A stretch of 64,000 nucleotides of DNA from a virus: UHGV virus genome UHGV-1421865; one strand, written 5' to 3'. Below the pieces are notes generated by a model. It was given only the letters and a program-made list of their open reading frames with translations. It did not search any database and was not told the origin of the DNA. The translations under genes and the position numbers were made by a program. Below, piece by piece: positions 46,631 through 55,441 of the stretch (its first letter is position 1; each line of letters starts with the position of its first letter).

Positions 46631-47137
46631 CTATACAAGTCCTGTGGACCCAAAACCGTTTGTACCACGGTCGGAATTGGTATCAATGTCTTCTACTTCT
46701 GTCCAAGGTGAAGTATAATAACGTTGTTCGATAAGCTGTACGATTTTCTGACCGTATTTGAACGTTACTGGTTCATTACTTGTGTTAATAAGACTAATGT
46801 AAATCTCACCGTGGTAATCAGCGTCGACAACACAAGCACCGAGAACAAGCCCGAGACGAGTTGCAATGCCTGATTTGTTCTCTCCTTTAAGATAAGTTTG
46901 TTTATCTTCGATGTCAACTTGAATACCTGAAGGAATCACGACACGCTCGCCAGGTTGTAGTACAAACCCATCTTTGTCGATCTTACTTACCGAACCGTTA
47001 TTCTTTTCAGTTAACTCCACAATAGACTTTGCAAGTTCGCTACTATACTCTGGAATGAAGAGGTCAATTCCCGCGTCATGAACATGTGCGCGATTCGGCG
47101 TCTTTACTGCTCTAAGTTTCTTAAATTTGATTGCCAT
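46631..47137 (-). CDS. dut: dUTP diphosphatase
   Basis: Motifs 'AGIDL', 'GACVVDADYHGEI', 'RGTNGFGSTG'. 168 aa. Confidence 0.9.
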   Translation of the reverse strand: MAIKFKKLRAVKTPNRAHVHDAGIDLFIPEYSSELAKSIVELTEKNNGSVSKIDKDGFVLQPGERVVIPSGIQVDIEDKQTYLKGENKSGIATRLGLVLGACVVDADYHGEIYISLINTSNEPVTFKYGQKIVQLIEQRYYTSPWTEVEDIDTNSDRGTNGFGSTGLV

Positions 47138-47147
47138 TTATTTTGTT

Positions 47148-47462
47148 TTAATTATTAAATTCGAATGTTACGGTATTTCCTTCGACTGTAACGGTACCAT
47201 CTTCGATTTTATAGACTACTTTATTACGCTTTGCATCGTTGCTTACTTGCTTTATAATAGTATACGATTGTGCAAAACCATCGCGTTCCATCAAGATAAT
47301 TTCTTGTTTTGTAATCTTGATTTTATACTCTGTTCTGTTGTTAGTGTATACTTCCGATTGTTTGTTGACCTTAAAATAGGTCACAGTCTGCGTCATATCG
47401 TTTGCCATCAGCGTACCGACCGACGAAAGTCCGAATAAAAGTGTAAATAGTACTTTTCGCAT
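47148..47462 (-). CDS. small secreted protein (signal peptide)
   Basis: 'MRKVLFTLLFGLSSVGTLMA'. Confidence 0.45.
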   Translation of the reverse strand: MRKVLFTLLFGLSSVGTLMANDMTQTVTYFKVNKQSEVYTNNRTEYKIKITKQEIILMERDGFAQSYTIIKQVSNDAKRNKVVYKIEDGTVTVEGNTVTFEFNN

Positions 47463-47570
47463 TGTTGTTTATTTTCTTGTTCGTTATTATTTTCAGTATA
47501 TTATATAGTGTGTTTTATAGAACAAATCAGTACGAAACAACTATTTTGCACGCATTTTAGTCCAGATTTT

Positions 47571-47715
47571 GACGGTTTCTGTTTCTGGTACTGACGTGTA
47601 AATATCTGACGTCCTCGTAAAGGCACTTTTAAGGCTCTCTAACGCACTCAAATGTAGTGACCTTACCAACACCAAGGTCAAAGAAAAATCGTGCGTTATA
47701 GAGCAAATTTTTAGT
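47571..47715 (+). repeat. nested-palindromic repeat, copy I (full)
   Basis: gacggtttctgtttctggtactgacg…acgtcctcgtaaaggcacttttaag + ctctctaacgcac…gaccttaccaacaccaaggtc…gtgcgttatagagcaa. Track ORF 47541..47762 is probably spurious. Confidence 0.7.
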
Positions 47716-47808
47716 AGTTTTGATATACACAGTAGGTAGACATAAAAAGACAGTCGAGACACTGTAATAAAACAATATCTCGACTGTTGAAATATGAGTA
47801 TGTAAAGA

Positions 47809-48387
47809 TCAACCCATATCGTCGTCCCATGTATCGGCCACCATGTTTACCGTAAGCATACGAGCATCAGAAGAACCGTAGTTGAGTTCGTCCATACCGG
47901 CTACACCAGTAAGCATTAAATTGTGGAAGATATAAGAACGCCAGATTTCTCCGTTTCGGTTGGCTTCGGCCACACGAAGTACATCGGAAGTATAGTCTAC
48001 CTTGATACCGCGGGTACCGTCGGACAGGTCGTAAGAGAGATTCTCCCAGGCTCGGAAGATCTTGAACACGAAGTTGTCTGTTACATTACGCAAGTTGAGG
48101 TTGAACGTCATCGTGAGTTCCGCACGAGTCGATTCCAACATAGGATTCAGGTACGAAACGTCTACACCGTTGAACTTCTGGACACCGGAAGGTGTGGTAC
48201 GCTGCAACGCATCGAGTCCCGTGATAGACACTACTTGTTCCGTTAACAACGCGGCATCTTCGCCGAACTGTTGCTGTAAGGGTTCCGGAAGTTGGAAGTA
48301 AACCTCGAACACACAAGAGTGAACAGGGTCGTAATGGTTGACACCAGACTTAATGTTCTTAAAGTGAGGCAAATGTGTAAGTGCCAT
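47809..48387 (-). CDS. tail tube protein (T4 gp19-like)
   Basis: Size 192 aa. Position immediately after the sheath gene. Recalled gp19-like N-terminal 'VFEVYFQLP' and C-terminal 'LTVNMVADTWDD' (compare T4 'FEVTLALDYWE'). Confidence 0.5.
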   Translation of the reverse strand: MALTHLPHFKNIKSGVNHYDPVHSCVFEVYFQLPEPLQQQFGEDAALLTEQVVSITGLDALQRTTPSGVQKFNGVDVSYLNPMLESTRAELTMTFNLNLRNVTDNFVFKIFRAWENLSYDLSDGTRGIKVDYTSDVLRVAEANRNGEIWRSYIFHNLMLTGVAGMDELNYGSSDARMLTVNMVADTWDDDMG

Positions 48388-48408
48388 ATATTATGTATTG
48401 ATGTCTAT

Positions 48409-51400
48409 TTATTTATCCTTAACAGACGCGCTGAGTACACCGCGACGATGGATAGTGAGTTCTTGTACCATCTTACCGCAACCGAAGCCGGGTTCAATTT
48501 CAGTAGAGATAATAGCAAACTCATTCTCTATCAGTTCATTAGTGTTATTCGACTCGTCCATCACGTTACGGAAGGCTTCGATACCGCCGTTACTTTGTGT
48601 AACAGAGCAAATTTGGTTCGCCCTGTCGAGAATGGCATTGCGTGTAATGGTGTTGTTGAATTCCCACTGGTACGACTGCAGCACCTTTTCGATTTCGTCT
48701 TGGAGATAAATAACCAATTCTCGAACATTGACACGAGAAAGTGCGCTCAACGGGGTCTGTTTCGCCGTTTGGTTGGCATTGATAAACGTACCGAAGTTCG
48801 GTTTGTATACCATGCAGTTCACACCGTAAGGTTCGATGATCTGTAATTCGTCGTTAGAATAACGATAATCGGGACCGGTGAGTCCTGGGGCAGAAATATG
48901 ACCATAATTAGGACCGGCGACGATGAAGTACGGCTGTCTCGATGTGTATTTATCGATAAATAAGTTCGATACAAGACCTGCACTGGGGATTACGTCGTCG
49001 ATATAACCGTCCGAGAACTTCAGCGGCGAATAGAAAGCGACGAAAGAAGCACCTTCGTTATCGGCAGGCAAGCTGAATTTGATACTTGACGGCTTACGCT
49101 TATTGTTACCTTCTACGACGTATTTAACATTAAATATACCATTTTGGTCGGTAAACGACGCATAAGGACATTTAACAAAGTCGCGAACCGCCGGGAAGTT
49201 ACCGATACAAAACGCACTCTGTTTTTCACGACACAGATAACTTAGTACACTCTTCAGCGACGACGTCGGATAACTTTGGAACGTGTCTACAACATAACGG
49301 TAGTCGATTTCACTCTTATTAAGTAATCCGGTACGCAGTCCCTTGTAATCCGTAAGCGCGGAAAGAATGAAATTCTGCCATTGTAGCTTAGCGAACATAT
49401 TGGTACTCGTCGGGCGATCGTTCTTATAAGTATAACCTTCAAGATACTGTGGTGTCATCGTACCAATTTCCTGGTTGAGAGGATTGTCAATACGAATAAG
49501 GCAACCGTTGTTCTTTAACGATTTAGGACCGTCGACGGGACTATCTATATTAAATAAAGTCACCTTACCGTCATCGTCGTTCTTGTTCGTCTCAGTATCT
49601 GCAACGGCACCGCTCATCGGTTGTCCGGAGAACATGATGTAGTTTCGGCCGTCGTCGGTAACACCAATTTCTGTAACATACACGTTATCGTAGTAGTTAT
49701 CGGTGTCCTTTTCGTCGTAGTCACCGTCGTGGCTATTGTCCAACGCACCGTCGAGACCGAGGAAACAATCGCCTTCTTTAATAACTTGAATAAGTGTATC
49801 GTCGATAACGTCGTGCTTGTTAACCCAAGCGTACTGTTTGAGTCCGTTGATTTCTACCTTGGCATATTCCCATGCGTCGTCGGCATAGTCGATAAACGAT
49901 ACAGAGGCACCGTAAACACTGTTCTTGAACTTGTCTTCGTTGACGTACTGTGTGATTACATCGGGGCGAACCTTTACAAAACTAACGCGAATATCATTAA
50001 CATCGTCGATAAGATAGTCTACTAACGTGCTGTCTGTATTTTGTAGTTTAAGATTGGTAATAGCACTAATTACAGATGTTGGGCCGTGGAACGGATTGTT
50101 AATATCGGCATAAGGATCCTTTCCGGAAGGGAAATACGTCGTATTCTTCTTCCGTTCGAGATTCACACTATGATAAACGATATTACCGTCTTTGTCATAC
50201 AGCGCAATATCCGTATTGTCGACCGGAGCGGCACCGGGATTGGTATCTTTATCGTATTTGACATTTACATACTTCACAGGAACACCGAATGCCTTTGCTG
50301 CTTTTAGAAGCTCTTGTTTCGTCTTAAATGCAAACTTTGCCTTTACTCTGTGTGCGGCATCGAGACCGATTTGTGATAGTTCTACAACGAATGTACCTTC
50401 CTTTGCATCGTAAGGTACACTGGCGTCACCACCTTCGACCTTACTAACATAAAGTGAACCGTAGATACCGCGGCGGTCGGTAGAGAATGCTTGTTTTGCA
50501 CTGATAGTATATAGCTTATGACCGTCGCTAGATTCTGTATCGGGAACAAACTTAACGTCGATAACATTGGGATAGAACGATACCTTGTCTGCGATAACAG
50601 GGGCATTTGTATTACCCAACACACTGGTCACCGCGGTACCCCCGTAGATGTTACCAAGTGTTAATTTATGTTGCTTATCACCTTTATCAGTCGGATCGAG
50701 AACAGGAATCTTTGAACGTCCGCTAAGGTCGATATTCGCAGTCCCGTCGTCTAACATGTCTACATTAAACGACATCATCATATTATGAATATGCTGGTCG
50801 GCGTTAAATACGGCATCTAAGGACATATAAGAACCTTGTTTGTTCTTAAAGAAAGGAATCAAACAACCGACATAGTGTCCAAGTGCATTACTCGTACCGT
50901 CGTTGAACATGGCATCCAACGTATCGACAGGCTCACCGAAAGCGTCGAGAACAAACGGGCGAACGTTTAATACGGCCTCTTTCTCTGCATCGTCGGTAGA
51001 GACACTAAAATAGTTCTTCAACGTCTGCGACGCCAGTACCTGTTTCGCCGTAAAACGACCGGAGAATACGTACACCTCTGCAAAAAAGTCACTCAGAAGC
51101 GAATTCTTGAACGGTTCGAGATATTCGGGCATATCGTCTTGACGATCGCTATACCAGTCGTTTACGGTTATATTATACTGTGATACCTTCGACCCTGAAG
51201 CCTTTCGGATAAAATAGGTCGCCGATGTACTTTTTGTACCTGTCGTCGCGATATTGATGTAACCGTCCATCGCACGGTTTTTGGTATCTGGCAGGTTATT
51301 GAGTTTGTCGGCATTGAGCTCCCAGAAACGAGTAGTATCGTAAACATCTTCGACGCGGAGCTTAACAGTTCTAATCGGGTCGAATTTGCTGTTAAAATCT

Positions 51401-51723
51401 GTCGAGATAGTAGAAGCACCGACTGTTTCGCCGTCGAACTTCTTGAGATTCAAACAAATAATAGGGGACTTCGTCAACATCTGAAGTGCAAGACGGTGGA
51501 AATAAATGCCCCGGCGCTCCAACTTCTTCGAAACATCACCGAACAGTTGACGGAAGACTTGAGGATCCTTTACGTATACCGGTATATTGAAAGGGCCCTT
51601 CTCAGAATAACCTACAACAAGACGGAGAATCTGTGTGTCTTGGTTCAATATAGTAGACTTATCGAACACAACACGGTAGATACCTGCAGCCTTAAACTGT
51701 TGTAAATAAATAGGTATTGCCAT
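48409..51723 (-). CDS. tail sheath protein (T4 gp18-like, enlarged to 1104 aa)
   Basis: N-terminal 'GYSEKGPFNIPVYVKDPQVFRQLFG' resembles gp18 'GKFQWGPAFQIKQVTNEVDLVNTFG'. C-terminal 'NEFAIISTEIEPGF' resembles gp18 'NEFVATFYIQPAR'. Followed by a tube-like gene. Confidence 0.55.
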   Translation of the reverse strand: MAIPIYLQQFKAAGIYRVVFDKSTILNQDTQILRLVVGYSEKGPFNIPVYVKDPQVFRQLFGDVSKKLERRGIYFHRLALQMLTKSPIICLNLKKFDGETVGASTISTDFNSKFDPIRTVKLRVEDVYDTTRFWELNADKLNNLPDTKNRAMDGYINIATTGTKSTSATYFIRKASGSKVSQYNITVNDWYSDRQDDMPEYLEPFKNSLLSDFFAEVYVFSGRFTAKQVLASQTLKNYFSVSTDDAEKEAVLNVRPFVLDAFGEPVDTLDAMFNDGTSNALGHYVGCLIPFFKNKQGSYMSLDAVFNADQHIHNMMMSFNVDMLDDGTANIDLSGRSKIPVLDPTDKGDKQHKLTLGNIYGGTAVTSVLGNTNAPVIADKVSFYPNVIDVKFVPDTESSDGHKLYTISAKQAFSTDRRGIYGSLYVSKVEGGDASVPYDAKEGTFVVELSQIGLDAAHRVKAKFAFKTKQELLKAAKAFGVPVKYVNVKYDKDTNPGAAPVDNTDIALYDKDGNIVYHSVNLERKKNTTYFPSGKDPYADINNPFHGPTSVISAITNLKLQNTDSTLVDYLIDDVNDIRVSFVKVRPDVITQYVNEDKFKNSVYGASVSFIDYADDAWEYAKVEINGLKQYAWVNKHDVIDDTLIQVIKEGDCFLGLDGALDNSHDGDYDEKDTDNYYDNVYVTEIGVTDDGRNYIMFSGQPMSGAVADTETNKNDDDGKVTLFNIDSPVDGPKSLKNNGCLIRIDNPLNQEIGTMTPQYLEGYTYKNDRPTSTNMFAKLQWQNFILSALTDYKGLRTGLLNKSEIDYRYVVDTFQSYPTSSLKSVLSYLCREKQSAFCIGNFPAVRDFVKCPYASFTDQNGIFNVKYVVEGNNKRKPSSIKFSLPADNEGASFVAFYSPLKFSDGYIDDVIPSAGLVSNLFIDKYTSRQPYFIVAGPNYGHISAPGLTGPDYRYSNDELQIIEPYGVNCMVYKPNFGTFINANQTAKQTPLSALSRVNVRELVIYLQDEIEKVLQSYQWEFNNTITRNAILDRANQICSVTQSNGGIEAFRNVMDESNNTNELIENEFAIISTEIEPGFGCGKMVQELTIHRRGVLSASVKDK

Positions 51724-51871
51724 ATATATGGGTTTTATATATAAAATTTCAAATCACACACAATACACAATTGTGTCTTTATACTTAATAATCTGCGCGG
51801 AACGTCAGACACTATTTTATGTACGTAAAATCAATCTGTTGTACATGTAGGCTACTGTATACTTATGAAGA

Positions 51872-52849
51872 TTAGTCTACAGCAAGCATGTCTTTTTCGA
51901 ATTCGTACGTTATCATTTTAGATACAATGCCTTTCGAATTCGTATGCAGTAATTTGTTATTATCTATTATAACAAAACGCATCAGCTTATCGTTCGTATT
52001 ATTCTTCAGCAGTTTATCAAACGTACCGTCATTTTTAGAATTAGTTATGACACTATTGGCAATGTTTACAGTACCGGAATTGTATTCGAGTGTCGAGTCT
52101 TTAACAAAACAAGCGGTATATGTATCGTTTTTTAGTTCTGAGTCGATAATCATCGAATTCAATACAATACACTTCTCAATTTCCGAGTCGCTGATTGTAA
52201 CAAACTTAAACTCTGTGTCGACACCCTTACTTCCATAATATGTTACATCTTTTAACGTACTGTTTTTAATCCACGAACGAGTAGTCTTCTTTGTTGTAAA
52301 GTGTGTTTCGTACAACGACGAATTGTCGATAATAAATGTAGCGTTCGGACTAACAATGCTAGAATCTTCAAGATAAACATTCTGCCCCAGAACTACTTTA
52401 CCGATAACCTCTCCTTGATGGATCCATACACGAATTTTACCGTCTTTCCCGACAGTGAACCCGTTCAGGTTATCGACCTGCCCGCCCCATGTTCCTTTCT
52501 TGATTTTCACATCACCGACAGTGAAATCTTCTGTAGCGTACAGCCTATACAACTTCGATCCAGACTTTGACTTTTTATTTTCGTCCATGAATGCAATGTT
52601 ATACTGCGAGGGTATCTCTTCTCCAGATGTAAACACTAAATCTTCAGGTTTTACACCCGTTTCATAGATGTATTTGTAGTTAAATCTAAAGTCGGTGAAA
52701 GAGATAGTCGATCGAATACTATTTTCTATCTTTTTAACTTTGGCTTCTTTCTCTTTTTTAGAAAAACCAAACACTTCGTCGACACGTTCTTCAGTAGTCT
52801 GCGCCTCCCCATTAAAGGATTCGTAAATGTAGTCTTTTAATGTTAACAT
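51872..52849 (-). CDS. hypothetical virion-module protein
   Basis: 325-aa ORF between the capsid and sheath genes. Confidence 0.4.
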   Translation of the reverse strand: MLTLKDYIYESFNGEAQTTEERVDEVFGFSKKEKEAKVKKIENSIRSTISFTDFRFNYKYIYETGVKPEDLVFTSGEEIPSQYNIAFMDENKKSKSGSKLYRLYATEDFTVGDVKIKKGTWGGQVDNLNGFTVGKDGKIRVWIHQGEVIGKVVLGQNVYLEDSSIVSPNATFIIDNSSLYETHFTTKKTTRSWIKNSTLKDVTYYGSKGVDTEFKFVTISDSEIEKCIVLNSMIIDSELKNDTYTACFVKDSTLEYNSGTVNIANSVITNSKNDGTFDKLLKNNTNDKLMRFVIIDNNKLLHTNSKGIVSKMITYEFEKDMLAVD

Positions 52850-52987
52850 ACTAGTATGATTTAATTTATATTGTACATATAAAAATCAACTTCTATAAGC
52901 TGATTTCACATTTCAATTTATTTAAATCAAAAATTGGACAGGCCTATACAAGACCTGCCCAAATTATTTTGTAATTAAAACGTTAGA

Positions 52988-54784
52988 TTATACAAAACCG
53001 AAGTCGGAATGTACACAGAACGTATAGTATTGTTGTTCGGGATAGAATCCAGCCTCAACAAGTGCGTAACGCGAGTTAACGAGCACCTTGGGAGCCATCG
53101 TACCTTCGGCGGTAACGGTTACGGTATCTGCCAAGATATAAGGCATGAATACCAAACCAGGAGAGTTACCGTCACCCTTACGACCTACGCAAACACGAGT
53201 ATCTTCCCATGCCATGTAGGGGTCTACATAAACTTCGAGACCGAACAGCGTACCAGCGTGGTAGAGACCGTTTTGGTTGTCCTGTGCCAATGTATTGGTA
53301 GTAGGAGCGATGATGTAACCTGCAACGTCTTGGAGAGCAGTAGCGATGAGGGGGTTAGTAACAACCCAAGTTGCACGACCGCGACGACCGGTTACCTGGA
53401 TAAGGTTAGCAGCTGCCAAGATACGCGAACTGATACGACGTTGGCGGGTGTGCATGTTTTCGGCCGATGTATTGGCTTCGGCATTCTTAATATCACCCCA
53501 GTTTGCCTTCTGGTCTACGCCGTAGATGTCTACATAAGTGCAACCGTCGTACGTGGCAAGCGCCTTAGTAGCAGTACCTGCACCGATATAGAGGTTCAAG
53601 TCTACACCCTGGAACATACGTTGCTGAGCGGCATTCGTTACACCGAGAGCAAATACACGTTCGAGAATGCGAGCGTTGATACTCTGGATGATTTCGTTCT
53701 GCATCGTTTCGGTAATCTTACCCAAGGCGTCGACACCGTAAAGGGGAAGGTCTTGCAATTGCTGACGGGTTACCGTACCGGTTACTTCGTAAGAACCAGC
53801 CTGTACCCACTTACCGAAGATACGAAGACCGATAGTGTTACCGGTACCCGTTTCGTTTTGAGCACGCGTCATGGCTTCCTTAGCGCCGGTAGCGAAGTTA
53901 GCGAAACCGTCGACGAAGTCGGCCTGAGCAGTTACGAAGTCGGCCTTAGCACCAACAAGTTCAACGGGAGCAGCCAGCTTGTGAGTAACACCCGCAGTAG
54001 TGAAACCTTCGAGACTAACCTTGTTATCGGTATTCGTAAATACCTCGGTGATAGCAGCCTGGTTCTTAGTGAAGTCGGTACCGACAGGATAAGCAACTTC
54101 GATAGTCTTAAAGATAAGACCGCCGTCGTTACGACCGAAGCCCTTGAATTCACCCTTGAACGTAGCCTTACCGAGTGCGCCGGCAACGGTATTTTCGATA
54201 GTATAAACATGACCTACTTCAAGTCCGTCCTTCAACTTCTTACGAAGGTCGTTAGTGAAAGTAGCAAGTACCTTAATATAGATAGGCTTGTTTTCTGCAC
54301 CGGCACCCTTACCGTCAAACGACGTTTCGTTGATACGACCGAGCTTACCGCCTGCGTAGGGGAAGTCCATATAAGAAAGGTAGGTAAGAGGACCGTTCAT
54401 AGGAATAGTAGGAACAAGTTCGAGACCTACAGTAATCAACGCGATGTTAAGTGCCATGGGGAGCGTCGACGTGGGAACATCACCGGAACCAGGAGTTTGG
54501 TTGAAGAGGTTGCCTACGGCACCCGGAGCTGTGCTCATGGGGTTAGGATTACCGGGAGCCGCAGGGTTACCCATACCGGTAGTATTAAGAGGCGTAGCAT
54601 AAACAGGACCTACACCGCCAGTGCCTACGTACGCGCCGTTAGCGACACCGAGCTGCGATTCGTATACTTCGTGGTTAGCAGCGTACTGTGCCATCCAAGA
54701 AAGTTTGGTCTTGTCTGAAATGTTAAAGTTTTCGGTTAACATCTTTTGCCATTGATGTACACCGGATTGTTCAGTTATAAACAT
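52988..54784 (-). CDS. major capsid protein (T4 gp23-like)
   Basis: 598 aa. Gly/Ala/Thr/Val-rich. Lies downstream of the gp21-like protease-scaffold gene. The segment 'ALITVGLELVPTIPMNGPLTYLSYMDF' resembles gp23 'AFDICGVQPMNSPTGQVFALRAVY' (recalled). Confidence 0.6.
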   Translation of the reverse strand: MFITEQSGVHQWQKMLTENFNISDKTKLSWMAQYAANHEVYESQLGVANGAYVGTGGVGPVYATPLNTTGMGNPAAPGNPNPMSTAPGAVGNLFNQTPGSGDVPTSTLPMALNIALITVGLELVPTIPMNGPLTYLSYMDFPYAGGKLGRINETSFDGKGAGAENKPIYIKVLATFTNDLRKKLKDGLEVGHVYTIENTVAGALGKATFKGEFKGFGRNDGGLIFKTIEVAYPVGTDFTKNQAAITEVFTNTDNKVSLEGFTTAGVTHKLAAPVELVGAKADFVTAQADFVDGFANFATGAKEAMTRAQNETGTGNTIGLRIFGKWVQAGSYEVTGTVTRQQLQDLPLYGVDALGKITETMQNEIIQSINARILERVFALGVTNAAQQRMFQGVDLNLYIGAGTATKALATYDGCTYVDIYGVDQKANWGDIKNAEANTSAENMHTRQRRISSRILAAANLIQVTGRRGRATWVVTNPLIATALQDVAGYIIAPTTNTLAQDNQNGLYHAGTLFGLEVYVDPYMAWEDTRVCVGRKGDGNSPGLVFMPYILADTVTVTAEGTMAPKVLVNSRYALVEAGFYPEQQYYTFCVHSDFGFV

Positions 54785-54805
54785 AATTTTATATAATTAT
54801 ATAAA

Positions 54806-55441
54806 TCAAAGTGTCTTGTTAAGTCTGTCCTCAAATACCTTGTTCGTGTCTCTCAACATTTCAGCCATGTGACCTACTGTATGAAAGGTGATGTCTGTAT
54901 ACCCGTAGTCCTTTTGAAGAACCATAAACGGATACATCACCGCTCGTTTTAGACCCAATTTATTAAGGACGCCGTCTGCGACATCTGAGTGTAGTTCGAA
55001 TTTGTAATTTAATAGTTTGTCGTAACAATTGTTATAAACAACTATAAAATGTGTCGCCCAACACCATGTTATGTCCCATAGACCTTCTTTATCGGTATTT
55101 CTATTCGGATTAGAAGTACCGTATATACCACCGTGGAGAATATCATAACCGGCAGATTCGCAGTAGTTTACATATTGTAAGAATGTATTCTCATTATAAT
55201 AATCAGTAAAATATGCGTCATCTTCGACGAGTATGCACTTCTCGTAGCCGTTTTTCTTTGCATCGGCTATACAATTCATCATCGATAGCCACAAACCGTA
55301 ACGCCGATTGTCATCCAAAAAGACACACTGTGTCATTTGTACATCAAATTCCGACTTGTTACTGAACTGCCTTACAACGTCAGCGTACCTGTCCGGACGA
55401 CGATCTTTGTTACTTATAATGTATGTTTTAATTCCGTTCAT
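54806..55441 (-). CDS. glycosyltransferase family 25-like protein
   Basis: 'KTYIISNKDRRPDRYADV' resembles the GT25 N-terminal motif (I(I/V)NLxxxxxRR). 211 aa. Lies between the scaffold and capsid genes. Confidence 0.4.
   Translation of the reverse strand: MNGIKTYIISNKDRRPDRYADVVRQFSNKSEFDVQMTQCVFLDDNRRYGLWLSMMNCIADAKKNGYEKCILVEDDAYFTDYYNENTFLQYVNYCESAGYDILHGGIYGTSNPNRNTDKEGLWDITWCWATHFIVVYNNCYDKLLNYKFELHSDVADGVLNKLGLKRAVMYPFMVLQKDYGYTDITFHTVGHMAEMLRDTNKVFEDRLNKTL

Noticed and set aside
52935-52970. Hairpin-like 'ggacaggcctatacaagacctgccc' downstream of the capsid gene, plus similar 'aggactatacaagtcct' at 46620-46640
   Set aside because: Stems are imperfect (4-6 bp with mismatches). The second lies inside the dUTPase coding end. 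Too weak to call a terminator or a repeat family.
53009-54718. 569-aa plus-strand ORF
   Set aside because: It is antisense to the major capsid gene. It is Thr/Ser/Val/Arg-rich in a way typical of reverse-frame translation of a Gly/Ala-rich gene.
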